Positions 40,081 to 51,838 of a stretch of 63,751 nt of DNA are shown piece by piece. The translations under genes and the position numbers were made by a program. How positions within the stretch are numbered: the first letter of the stretch is position 1; every line of letters begins with the position of its first letter. The stretch comes from Hydrolagus affinis (lineage: Eukaryota), in contig JAAILG010000209.1 of NCBI GenBank assembly GCA_012026655.1, forward strand, positions 62,001 to 125,751. Reading direction: 5' to 3'. The notes under the pieces were generated by a model. That model was not told where the DNA came from, did not search any database, and was given only the letters and a program-made list of their open reading frames with translations.

Positions 40081-40654
40081 AAGCATTCGATTTGTGCGCT
40101 ATGAGATTAAAACCATCACAACCCAATTAACTTGCGGAGAAGCCAAATTTCCTATCAGATAGCAGAGCGATATTGCTGATATCTTTTTTATTCACCATTG
40201 CTTTTGCCGAAATTGGCAGGAGGAATGTTTGCCCTCACGTGAGGATATGGCTTCAACCTCATGTTACATGTTACTTGATTTTTAGATAAGACAACATCAA
40301 TTTGCCAGGACAGTAAACATAGCAGTCAGGAAACTGCATGTTCCTAGGGGAGAAGGTTAAGAATCCAATTTTGTTGAGCTATTCTGACTCAAGATCCTCT
40401 TTCCACTAGTTTCGTCATTCAGACACTGTTTCACATTATCAGTAAAAGTTCTCCATTATTGGTGGCATGTACAGTATTTTGTTACGATGAAACATGTTAA
40501 CGGGTCACTACTCGAAGCAGTTACTTTCCATCTCCTTGTTACACAATATTTTATTTACTTTAGCTCCTAATCATTTATGTAAATAACTCAAGTTTGGGAA
40601 AATATGGATCATTTTGAATCCAACGCTTTATTTTTTTCCTAAAGTTAAGATTGC

Positions 40655-41092
40655 CATTACAACAACTACCATTGGAGAGATAGAATTGTATTTTCATTGT
40701 GTCATTATTCAATTGGAACATCTCGGAAAGTTTTACAAGAAACTATTGATATAGGTAGTGACTGCTTTTATAGGTATATGCTGGTATTTTCACCTATATT
40801 TTCTCACAAACAGCTATGATGTGAACGAACAATTAATCTGGAGGAATCATGGACAGGATACTGGGAGAAACTTCCTTCTCTTTGTGTATATTGTCATTGG
40901 ACTGTAGATGTTCGCCTGAACAGGCAGATGGGATCTTGGGTTAACCTTTGATCTAAAAGATGCAACCTTCAACAATGCAACATTCCCCAACGGTGCAATA
41001 CTCCACCTGAGCTCAAGTCTTGATATGATATGATGCTTGAACCCAAAACCTTCTGACCCAAAGGCTGAAAGGCTATCATCTGAGCCAAACTG
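40655..41092 (-). mobile_element. Old DeuSINE (SacSINE1-like), near full length, highly diverged
   Basis: CTCACAAACAGC..CAGGATACTGGGAGAAAC..CCTGAACAGGCAGATGGGATCTTGGGTTAAC..CTTGAACCCAAAACCTTCTGAC..CTGAGCCAAACTG. Another minus copy lies at ~42430-42719. Confidence 0.7.
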
Positions 41093-42742
41093 GGAGGTTT
41101 TACAAGAAACTATTGATATAGGTAGTGACTGCTTTTGTTGCCAAACATAAGAATCGCTATGGAAACCAACGCAACATATCTAGTTGCAGAAAGTACAGTT
41201 TTCATCAGCATTTCCACATACAAATTAATGGGAACAGGTTTCTAACTTGGACAATATCAGAATTTATACAATTTTATCATAAAAACAAGATATATTGGAG
41301 GCATTTACATTAGTGTGTAGTAATGAAGCCTTGGTGTCAGACTATAATGTGCTTTGTGCTTTCTTTCATAACCAAATTGAATCTAGCTCTTCAATCAAAG
41401 TACAGTACACCAAACCTAGAGATACATAGTGAAGTAGACAAACTGGAAATTCTTCCATCGCTGACTAATATTGTTTAAAAATAATAAAACTATGCATGGA
41501 TTTCTGAGCGAACACTATAGGGATTGAGGAGCTAGATATTTAAATGCATGCAATTTTTTTTGAGTGAGTGATTGATGTATTTTGTCACCATTGTTGCCAA
41601 ACATAATTAAAAAATAATTTTTCTAAAACTTTTAATCATGAAATATATTTTGACCTCATTGATGTTGTCTTCTATTAGTTTCACCACATTTCTTTTCAGC
41701 TTCAAAAGAAGTTCGAATGAAATATTTGACTTCTAGCTACTTATTTATTGCATTGTTTATCCAATTCTTTCTCTGCATAAATGAATTTCCATTATCATTC
41801 TTTAGATTGCTTTACAGGTACGTCTTACAACGTGGATTCCTACGCTCCCTATAGAGGACAACATTGGATATGCTTTGTGGCTTTTCAAAGAAAAAAGCTT
41901 TTATTAAACCAAATAAATACAAACACATGCCCGATGGTTTGTGTATTTTACATTATGAAGTTTCAATTGAATTCAGACAGTGCCTGAAGTCAATTGGCAG
42001 TGAAATTTAACGCAATTAAACCTCAGTGTATTCCTTAATATCTTTCAATGGAATTTTTATGGCTTTCGTCTGCATGCCTATTATTAATATCATGGCGTAT
42101 CACATACATGCATAGTGGAACATCAATTTTTAGCTTAGCCCTTTGACCTTGAGGAATATGTTCCCTTTGAAGCAGTCAGATTTCTGTAAATATGGCAATA
42201 ATTCTCCATGCAAACTCTATATCATTCGGTGGTGCAAATTATTCAACGCTTCATTTCTAGTTGGAACACTGAAACTTAAGAGCATTTCATAATTCAATGT
42301 ATAACCATCTTATTACATAATTAGTAACAGATGAAAAAGAGCCCCAAAATGAGTCAAACCACATCAGCTGTGGATAGTCAAAAGCAAATACGATATTAAA
42401 TATTAATCTGAAAGAAATGTTAGGACTCAAGGAAAGGCAGGATTATTTAGTCCCATTGTTGAGATGACACGCACTTCATTGAATTTTACTCTAAAGGGCA
42501 GTGACTGTAGTGAATACGACAGCCGTTTTGTTAAAAGTAATATCCGATCAACAGCCATGACTACTTTTTGTTTGGGGGGATTATTAGCCATGGTACTGGG
42601 AGAAACTTTCATCTTCCAATAGTACCATGCGATCTTTAACATCCACAGGCAGATTTTCTCCTGGACAGAGTTTTAACATCTTATTTGAAGAACAGCATCT
42701 GCGTCACTGTCAGCCTGGACGCCCTATGTGTTGGCACGAATA

Positions 42743-42828
42743 GGGATGAAACTTGCAGCATTTCATAATGCATTTGGTGTGATAATTATTACATCAACTG
42801 CATTGCGAAATGCCAGAAATTTCACCCC
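42743..42828. repeat. 86-bp loopless palindrome, probable Harbinger-type mini-MITE
   Basis: The 42-bp arms match at 32 positions, centred on ATAATTAT. Termini are GGGATGAAAC / ATTTCACCCC. Confidence 0.75.
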
Positions 42829-44190
42829 GCGTAATTTAATACAGTGCTTTGTGCTGGTAACTTCTAGGCCAGCGAATAGAAAGACGATGAACATGGAATG
42901 AAAATGCAAATGAACAGAAATACTGTATTCCACATTCTGCAATAACTCTGCAATTTCACCTCTGCATGCTCAGAATAAGATCTTTGATCTCCCTGTCCAC
43001 TGACTTAGAAAATACAAGGGGAAAGGAAAGAATTATGTTTCTAGGATCTATCAATAAGAGTCCCAACAAGGCAATACTAAATACTGTAAAGAAGGCTTTT
43101 AACATCACCATTGGCGACTTTTTGTCTCATACTACAGGATTTCCTTTTATTAAAAAAAAAGCTTTTTGCAATGCCACCTTTTTGTGCTCATTCTCACCAG
43201 CCAACCATTCCCTCAGACCTAAGATTGAACAACACTCCAAGGATCACACCACCGATTTTCCGTAGAGTGCTTCCAAGTACCTTTAACTAACTACACACAA
43301 AGGTTTGTGACCATCTCAAGCAGTCAAATTATCTCAATTTACCCATTCTTACCATACCCCCCAGAAGGCATTTGTCATCATTCCTCCCTGGCTATTCTAG
43401 TAAGAAGTCCACAGTGTTATAGAATGCCACAGGGAACACGGTATCTACGGTATCCTGTTAGGGCTTCATTATCACCTTACCCCGTGTGAGATCTTAGCAG
43501 TGTAAAATGCATCCCAAGGAACCCATGTGTACACTCCGTCATTACTTGAATGTAAGTCTTACCCGCTTGATACTTCGGATTTCTTCCTACCCTTAAATCA
43601 ATATTTTAGATGTCTGAGAACATAGAAAATGACATTACATACGCAGAACACAGATAGCGGGACACAAAAACCCAAGGGTTGTTCCTTCAATAGAAGCCAG
43701 TTCTGTCTTTAGAGTCCTGTCTCATAGAGAATGTGTAAGAAGAAAAGAATTGATGCTTAAAGCCAGAAAAATTGCATTTATGCAAATGAGTGCCCATCAT
43801 TTTCTTTGTTTGGTGGGGTGGGGGGGTGGGAGGAGGGGGTGGCACATTACAATTGCTGAAATAGCACTCGTTTATTTCTACCAATGCTTCAAATTGATTC
43901 ATTTAACTGAGTGGGCAATTCACTCGCAAACAAATTATTCCCGAGTATTCTGTGTGACAATTAATTGATACAGTTCAAGCATTAACGAGCATCCGCTGGC
44001 AAAAGACTGTCATGGTAGCAGAAAAATGCAACCTGGTTTGCTTAATCTTGCTAAAACTGTGTCTTTGTGAGCACGCAGCTATGGTGTCACGTTTTGGCAG
44101 GCAGTTAAGAAGTCAAAGACAAGAAAGGAGAGAGATAGTGGTGTAAGAGAACAAGACAAAGCAGAACAAAGTTAAAAAAAAACACTCAAG

Positions 44191-44468
44191 TGGAGTCCTG
44201 TAGCTTAGTGGTTAGACCATTCGCCTCACAAGCAAGAGACCTAGTTTGATTCCCGGCAGGGCAAAATGTTGCCCAAGTTTTGTTACTCCACACCCATAAT
44301 AATAATAATCCCTCAAAAGAAAATCTATAATAATTTGGTCGCTCGGTCCACGACTGTTTGCGGGACACTGTTGTGCGCAATTGGCTGCCGCATTTTGCCC
44401 ATAAAAATACAGTCAATTCACTTAAGTGTGAAGCGCTTTGAGACATATAGGAGAATGTGAAAGTGCCC
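44191..44468 (+). mobile_element. Young tRNA-derived Deu SINE (tail end lost)
   Basis: TGGAGTCCTGTAGCTTAGTGGTTAGA head, Deu segment, GTGAAGCGCTTTGAGAC. Confidence 0.9.
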
Positions 44469-47400
44469 TGGGGTCTGTTTCAATTAAGTCCTGCAGAGAT
44501 ATCTACAGTCTAGGACTCAATGTTATAGTTTGCATCAGGATCAGCATTTTTCATTTGCTTAATGTATTTTATGGAGCTCCATTCTTTCTGAGTCTACTTT
44601 AAAACATTGTATTTAAATAAGAAATTGATCCATTAATCCCAACGTCCATGGCTGCCTCTACTTTATCTCTGGGTCAATTGGAATGACCAAGTCGAATAGT
44701 GAATTGTTCACGTGTTGAAAACATTGTGTCAGGCTGTGTAGGCGCTGTCCGCGTAATCTACGCTGTAATCTACATTATTCAAAATGTAGCTCTGGTGGAT
44801 CACAGTCTTACTTCAATGTATTATTTTAAAGACCTTTGAAAGTAATTTATTTCTTGAGGGTGCACTGGGGCCTTGTGGTTTGCCCTTCTCAGCCATACAT
44901 CAGATGATGTGTTTATCCACTGAGCTGGTTGCTGACACTTTGTTCTAAGCTTCTGCACAGCATTTACAGATGTATTTGTATCTTCTAATAAGATGAATGG
45001 ATTGAAATTGAAAGTGTATTCCTGCAAATTGAATAGTTCTTTTCCAATCATATTTACTTGCTTCAACAGAATCTCTCGGTTACCCTTTCCCGGTTTCACA
45101 CACCTATCTATCGACGATACTAAACAACCAATCAGCCAAATATTTCCTGCTTTCAACGGGGTGCTGAACACCGTGGTTCTCTATAACCCTCCTCAATGTT
45201 CGAGTTAAAATTGTTAAAATACGCAGGATCTTTGAGGGTGACAATGATAGATGCAGCCCTGACATTTAGTAATGTCATAAAATAGGCTCCAGCTTATGTG
45301 CACTGTGAGCTATAGTTTGAGCTGTGTAAAAGAGGCTTGGTATTTCATACTGTCAGATGAATCAAATGTATCGGATTAACACTGTCAGCACAACGTATAG
45401 GAAATAATTTATCTTATTACATTTCGACTTAGTTGGTATTTGTTTTGGTAGCAGTACAAGATCTTTTCCCAATAGATTGCGAGCTTGTTTCAAATGTGAG
45501 CAAACTATTTTGTAATGTCAATCCATTGGCCAATCCTTTCTGAATTTTCTCTGTTGAATTAAATATTCTTTCAAACACACTCCTGCTCCTGTCCCGCCAT
45601 TGGATTAGGGCAAACCTTCACAGTTTGATTAAATACAATTGCCAAACAATTCCTTCTTGAATTGAATAGGTCAATTTTATTCATCTGAAAATATTACAAG
45701 AGTCAAAACCAGCTGGTCTTCACTTGCGTACTTTCTACTGAAACTATTGCAGAAAGAATCAGGTATCTGATTTAACATAGTTCTCTGCCAGGTTACTTGG
45801 TGAAAAGAACAAGCTCTTATTTCAGAATGTAGCAGCACCTCGGGTGACACAGGGCTCAGCACAATGTACAGTACTTATCTGCCCAGAAGTAGAGTCTGTG
45901 AAATTAATAGGGTAAAAGCCTCTAACTCCTGAATTGTACATGTAGATATCTGTGTAGATAAACTGTCAACTTTAACAAATTTCTTACCAAAAAGGATTTA
46001 CAGTAATAATAATCCTTGCATTTGATATAGCGCTTTTCACGCCTTCACATTAAATACAATTATTATTTTTTATCATTACATTTGTTAATTGACATGTTTC
46101 TGTTTGAAATAATAAATAACATGTTCACTCTGTACAATATAAGTGTCATTTTCAAAGAGCACCACAATATTCATTAGCCACATTTTAACAAAATGAGGAA
46201 ATACTATGGGAACATTTTCACGAGTAAACTCACAGGACATGGAAAGATTAGGAAAAATCAATCAAAAAAAGTACACTTACATTATGACATTCAAAACATT
46301 GTCAAATTTGACTTAAATCAGATCTATTTAGTTATAGAAACTGTAAATTCAGACTGAAGTTATTACTCGCTATTCACGGGATGTAGTGAGGTATTCGGAA
46401 TAGGCTTGTAAGCTCTCTGGGATACTGCCCTGCTTGATGTATGCTCTATAAATCCAAGTTGTTGCTGTTGTTATAAGAGGATTACTCAACATAAACAGGC
46501 AAAAGAAGCTTTGCAACAGGTAACACACAGTACTTATTGCTAGTTCTAGCTGATCCACTACATTGAGGTGTGGGGGTTTGCTGATTGATTAATGTAAATT
46601 AATGTCAATGTAAATTAATGCACGTTGCTGTCTTTGCAATGGAAAAAATGCAAGTTCACAGTGTGAATGGTTTCGACCTCCACAAAATTCCTTTTGTAAT
46701 TTGACTCTAATGTTACCTTATTGTGATATATATATTACACACATTATAAGAATTGACTAAGGATGTGTTGCATGACTATAACACACTTCAGTGGTTTCAG
46801 TGATCGACTAATTCCAAAATGTCATCTGATTCTGGAGGGTGTGTTATACAGACTTGTACGTTGCTTCCTTTTAATACAAACAGTCTTCTTTTGGTAAGAT
46901 TTTACAGTTATTTTAAACCATAGTAGCTTATACAACCTATACAATGACACTACAATGACACTAAACACAATTAGCCAGCATTAATACATCTACTGTGTGA
47001 CATTGGGTTAAATTCTGGAAAGAAAGTTTAAAAGTTATGACAGAAGCCTATGAGTCCAGTAGCATCAGTGAAGTGAATGTGTCACTCAAAAATAACACTG
47101 TTTAGGATGGAAAAAGTAATGTTGCAGAACAGATTTAATGTGAATGTTAACATTTCAATCTGTTGTAAATGCTGCATTTGTGACTCTTTGTGTTATAGAA
47201 GTTTAACACTACTACTAAGTTTAACAGTACTACAGGTGTAAAGGTCTCCATTTCTATATATCCGGGTCAATTAGGGTGAAAAATTGTACCAATTCACGAA
47301 GGCTTTCAAAGGAGTTGGGGAAATACTGAGAAAATGTGACTTGTTATATTCCCTCTCATAGCAATCTGAACTGTGGCTTAAATTTAAAAGAAGCAATTAT

Positions 47401-47499
47401 AGTACTTTTAGTATTTGAAAGTGAAGCTGAAGGATTTCCCCACTGTGTACGTACTGCTATTTTAGGTGGAAAGTGCAAGGAATTCAGTACATACAGTAC

Positions 47500-47790
47500 A
47501 TCCAGTTCTTTGGATGAGATGTTGAACAGAGATCCCATCTGTCTGTTCATGTGGTTGTTAAAGATCCCAGCGATCTAGTCGAAAAGAGAAGGTAGTTTCT
47601 TCCAGTATCTTGATCAACAGTAACTTAGATAAAAATCAGTGCTTCACTTCATTGCTGTTTGTGGACAATTGCTGTGTGCAAAATGGCTGCTTGGCTTCCC
47701 CTATAAAATACACGGTCACAATCCCATGCAGCATTTTGAGGTGTCTTTCCTAAGTAAAAGGTGTTGTATCAAATGCAAAGATTATTTATT
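47500..47790 (+). mobile_element. Old DeuSINE (SacSINE1/AmnSINE1-like) 3' two thirds
   Basis: CTTTGGATGAGATGTTGAAC..AAAGATCCCA..TTGCTGTTTGTGGACAATTGCTGTGTGCAAAATGGCTGC..TATCAAATGCAAAGATTATT. A similar copy lies at ~50470-50762. Confidence 0.75.
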
Positions 47791-48080
47791 CAATGTGGCA
47801 AATAATTGTGCAGAGATAAGGGCAGATGTTTGAACTGATAAGGTAGGAACGTGTAACAGCAAAGACAGTGTGGTCAGTCTGAGGGTAAAACTAGCAGAGG
47901 AAGATCAGGAAATTGTTTATCTAAGGATGGGTATTTTGCTGATAAACAGCTGCGTGAAAGTAGATCTGTGGGGGGGCTGTTATATTTTTACTTTTCTTCA
48001 ATCCTACAATATAAGGTAATATGAATGCAAATGTTGCTCTAGGGGAAATGAAGCTCATTCTTGAGCATTCAATCATATTT

Positions 48081-48387
48081 GCAGAGTCCTGTAGCTCAGT
48101 GGTTAGAACACTCGCCTTGCAAGCGAGAGACCTGGGTTCAATTCTAGGCAGGGAGAAACCTTGGGCAAGTTTCCTTTACTCCACACACCTAACAATAATC
48201 CCTACAAAATACAAATTGGTCATTTCAATCCACGAATGTTTGTGCGGACACTGCTGTGCGCAATTGGCTGCCGCGTTTCACCCACAAAATCTACAGTCAA
48301 TTTACTTTACAGTATAATGTGTGATGCGCTTTGAGACATCTAGAAGGCTTGAAAAGCGTTATATCAAATGCAAGGATTATTATTATT
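48081..48387 (+). mobile_element. Young tRNA-derived Deu SINE, full length
   Basis: A box TAGCTCAGTGG, anticodon-like stem-loop CTCGC-CTTGCAA-GCGAG, B box GGTTCAATTCT, Deu segment and (ATT)n tail. Confidence 0.92.
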
Positions 48388-48459
48388 TTCTACATTTATG
48401 TTACTGATTAAAATAAAACGGAATGATAGAGATAGTGTCTTTGGCTGTAGATTGGAGGG

Positions 48460-48479
48460 AAACAACAACAACAACTTGG

Positions 48480-48510
<31 letters not shown>

Positions 48511-48525
48511 GCGCCCTCCATGCCG
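48460..48525 (-). mobile_element. L2 3' tail containing a (TA)13 microsatellite
   Basis: ACAACAACAACTTGGATTTT-(TA)13-GCGCCCTCCATGCCG. Confidence 0.8.
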
Positions 48526-49727
48526 AAATGAGCATTATATTTCAGTTTGATGTGATAAATTGGAATAGTCAAATAGAGATAGATGGGATGTTGTGCATAT
48601 GGCCATGGAGACTTTTTGGGCTTTACTATAGTTAGGATAATTTGAGTTGGTGGGTTCTCAATTTATTCTATGGATAAAGAACATTGATAAAATTGGGCCT
48701 TATTATCTTACATGTTATTTACACATCTAACTCCAATCATCTGAGATTGATTTGAATGTGACTGATTTATGCTACATGTAAGATTTTGCTGTCCTGCCAT
48801 CCCAATGAGGCAACATAATCTAGATTGAGCTGAACAAGTCAAATGTGGAGAGTGTTTTCAGGATTTACCATTTCTATTTTGTGTTTTAAAGGAGACAGAG
48901 CTGTTTATGTTCATCTGTAAACAGACTATTCACTTGAAATGTAAAGTTAAAACCAGCCTTACAATTAAAAAGCCTGAACCCAAATTTAACACATTCACTG
49001 TACTTTGAAATAACTATTGTGAAGACGCCTTGAAGACAAGGTGCTCTAAAGTGCTATGCAAATGAAGTTGGATGTTTGAATGTGGATGCATTAAGGGCAG
49101 ATATTGAGGAAAATAATAAAGCACAGGGATGATAAAACTGATGGGAAAAGAGAGTTTATTTCAACAAGTTTGATATTTTACCAGTTTAAGAGTTAGACTG
49201 TAGGCAATTTTCATTCAAAAAGAAAATGTGATCTGCTACATCCTTAGGAAAAATGATGCTGATATCACTGAAAATGAACATCTCAGCGATTTGAAAATAT
49301 ACTGCGAGTTTTCAGGAAATGACAGCAAAAAATACTGAGAATGGAGATACACATTTGTGTCTAATTAAGCCAATTACAGCCAAAGAGAATAGGTTGAGAT
49401 GATTGTTTTATTTCATAAGGATAGAGTCACTTCATAACCAAGCAATTTCACCTCATTTGATCACATAATAACACCCGAGCCAGCAATGGCTCAAAGCATT
49501 TTAATGCACAATTTTGCCCATCCTGATTTAATAGCGAGGCTCAAAAAGAAAAACATTATTCGATAATGGGGGAAACAAGAAATTAAAGCAAATATAGTAG
49601 TTAGCTTTGTCTCCATGAAAACAAAGTGCTTGCAAAGCATTATTTTGTGCAGCGAGCAAGCCAGAAGAGCCAGATGTTATATTCTTCACAATTATATCAC
49701 TGAGAAACAATGTGGCACATTTGTGTA

Positions 49728-49844
49728 AGATTCCAAAACAGTATTTGCATGTGGGAGGGGGCTGAGCTACAAATGAAAGCAGTTTGCAGACTGTTTTCAT
49801 TTGTAATCCCCCACTCTCCGCACGCAAACACTGATTTAAAATCT
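49728..49844. repeat. Imperfect ~117-bp palindrome/hairpin in unique sequence
   Basis: Inner arms TACAAATGAAAGCAGTTT (49768-49785) / AGACTGTTTTCATTTGTA (49788-49805). Outer arms AGATTCCAAAACAGTATTTGCATGTGG / CCGCACGCAAACACTGATTTAAAATCT. Confidence 0.8.
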
Positions 49845-50829
49845 GTTTGCATCCCCGTTTTGAAGTCCCCCTTATGCTCAGTTGCATTTGAAACCAGGAA
49901 CTGTTTCTCAGCACTGTCAAAGAGAAGACAGGTGGTTAGAGTGGAGGTTAGCTTTTGATTTTACTGGCAATATTGTACTGTTCAAGTACAATCACTTAAC
50001 AAAACCATTTGGAGTTTAATGCCTCAGTTATCTTATAATAAATGCATCGTAGACAAAAGCAAATGTAATTTGGATAATGTATTGATTGAAAGATGCTGAC
50101 TGGGCAATACTGATCAGCTATGAATAGAGGATCGTTTTACTAATCTGCTTTAGGTTCTATGTCATGTAATAAAGAATTGACTTTGTGTTGGAGTGCAGAA
50201 TAGCTCAAGCAAGATACAGTACATTTGTATTCTGGGGAATACATCTCAAAACAAATCTGCAAACACATAGAAAGTTTGTTTTAATCTATATTTCATTTTG
50301 ATTTGGAATCTTATAAAGATGTAAGAGAAAAGATTATGAGAAATGAAACAGCTTACCCTGCACAAAAGTGGTAGAAATCGATCAACGTGATGATTTGATA
50401 AACCAGTAAACATCAAGCAATTGCCAATGCCTATCCACATCAGGCACCTATCACACACCAGTAAAGCACTGCAGGAAGAGTTGAATTGTCAACAGATGCT
50501 GGCCTTCCAATGGGTCATACCTGACTATTCAGATGGACATTACAGGTTCTGTGCACTTTAATGTCTATAGTGGAAGGATTCTTCAGGTATCCTAGGCAAC
50601 AATCCTCCAGATAAAATTGATCATTCACTCCACGGCTATTTGTAGGAATATTGTTCTATGCAAATTGGCTGCGGCATTCTCCAGTGAATACACTTTACAG
50701 TAAATTCTGTGAAACACTTTGAGGCGTTTCTACGATACGGTACATCAAATACATGTTCATTATTTTATAAACAAAGAACAACTCTTCTCATTGTCTCATG
50801 AAAGCCAATATGGATTTTGCCCCAACTAC

Positions 50830-51050
50830 CACTCCTAACAGGACATTTCCCAACATAACCACTCTGTACCTGAAAACAAATCTTCTGACCTCCCCATAAA
50901 CTTCAATTGAGGCCCTCTATTACTCATTCACCAACTAGCGGAAATAAATTTCTCCCTATTGACTATCAAAACCCCTCATAATTCTAGAGACCTCGATTAG
51001 ACCAACCCTCAACCCTCTTTGGTCCAGCAACAAATCCCCTTTTCTCCAGG
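50830..51050 (-). mobile_element. CR1 ORF2 C-terminal fragment
   Basis: ATAACCACTCTG..TTCTCCCTATTGACTATCAAAACCCCTCATAATTCTAGAGACCTCGATTAGA..CCCTCAACCCTCT is typical antisense CR1 (RLRG.LIEV.KIMRGFD). Confidence 0.75.
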
Positions 51051-51276
51051 CTCCATTCATCCTCAGATAGCAAAACTCCCTGACATCTAAAGCACAGAGC
51101 CTTTTATATACATCAGTATTACCCTTCCCGTTTTAACAGGAAATGATTAAATTGACTTCCATGTATTACTTTGGTGAATAGGGATTTAAAGCAAATCCTA
51201 CGATTATTTCAATTACCCCAAAATTTATTTCAACCAGAATAGCTTACTGCTGTATGAACACACTGCATATAAATTG

Positions 51277-51580
51277 TGGAGTCATGTAGCTCAGTGGTTT
51301 GAGCCTCACCTTACATGCAGGAGACCTGGGTTCAATTCCAGGCAGGGTGAAACCTCAGGCAAGTTTCCTTACTGCACATGCCTACTAATAATCCCTAAAA
51401 AAAACAATGAATAATTGGTCATTTCTAACTATGACTGTGGGATACTGCTGTGCGCAATTGGTTGCTGCATTTCACCCACAAATATACAGTCAATTCACTT
51501 TACAGTATGTTCTGTGAAGCGCTTTGAGACGGCTAGAAGACGTGAAAAAGCGCTATATCAAATGCAAGGATTATTATTAT
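51277..51580 (+). mobile_element. Young tRNA-derived Deu SINE, full length
   Basis: Head, Deu segment and tail are all present. Confidence 0.92.
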
Positions 51581-51584
51581 AAAC

Positions 51585-51838
51585 CAGAGGCGCGTTTAAT
51601 GTCGGCGCAACGCACCAATGGGCCCCCGAAAGTAATGCAAAAATTCATCGATACCAACTCCCAATACAAGTAAAATTTGAGTATACGAGGTTTTCCCCAC
51701 AGTATGCTTACTTTGCGCATGCATGTGCACTTTGTAAACTTTCTGAACGCGGATTTACCGAGTGCTCTGTTTTCCTACAACTGATGGGCCCCCTAAGAAA
51801 ATTGCTCCGAGCAGTTTGAAGTCTTAAAAACGCTTCTG
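51585..51838. mobile_element. hAT-type MITE (Tip100-like), 254 bp
   Basis: TIRs CAGAGGCGCGTTTAA versus right-end reverse complement CAGAAGCGTTTTTAA (12/15). ATGGGCCCCC occurs near both ends. Flanking 8-mers TTATAAAC / TAAAAAAC share the last 4 bp; the left one is overlapped by the SINE tail. Confidence 0.6.

Noticed and set aside
48081-48150. tRNA-Ala(TGC)-like sequence (and similar heads in other copies)
   Set aside because: No acceptor-stem 3' half, variable anticodon among copies, and always fused to the SINE body: these are SINE heads, not tRNA genes.
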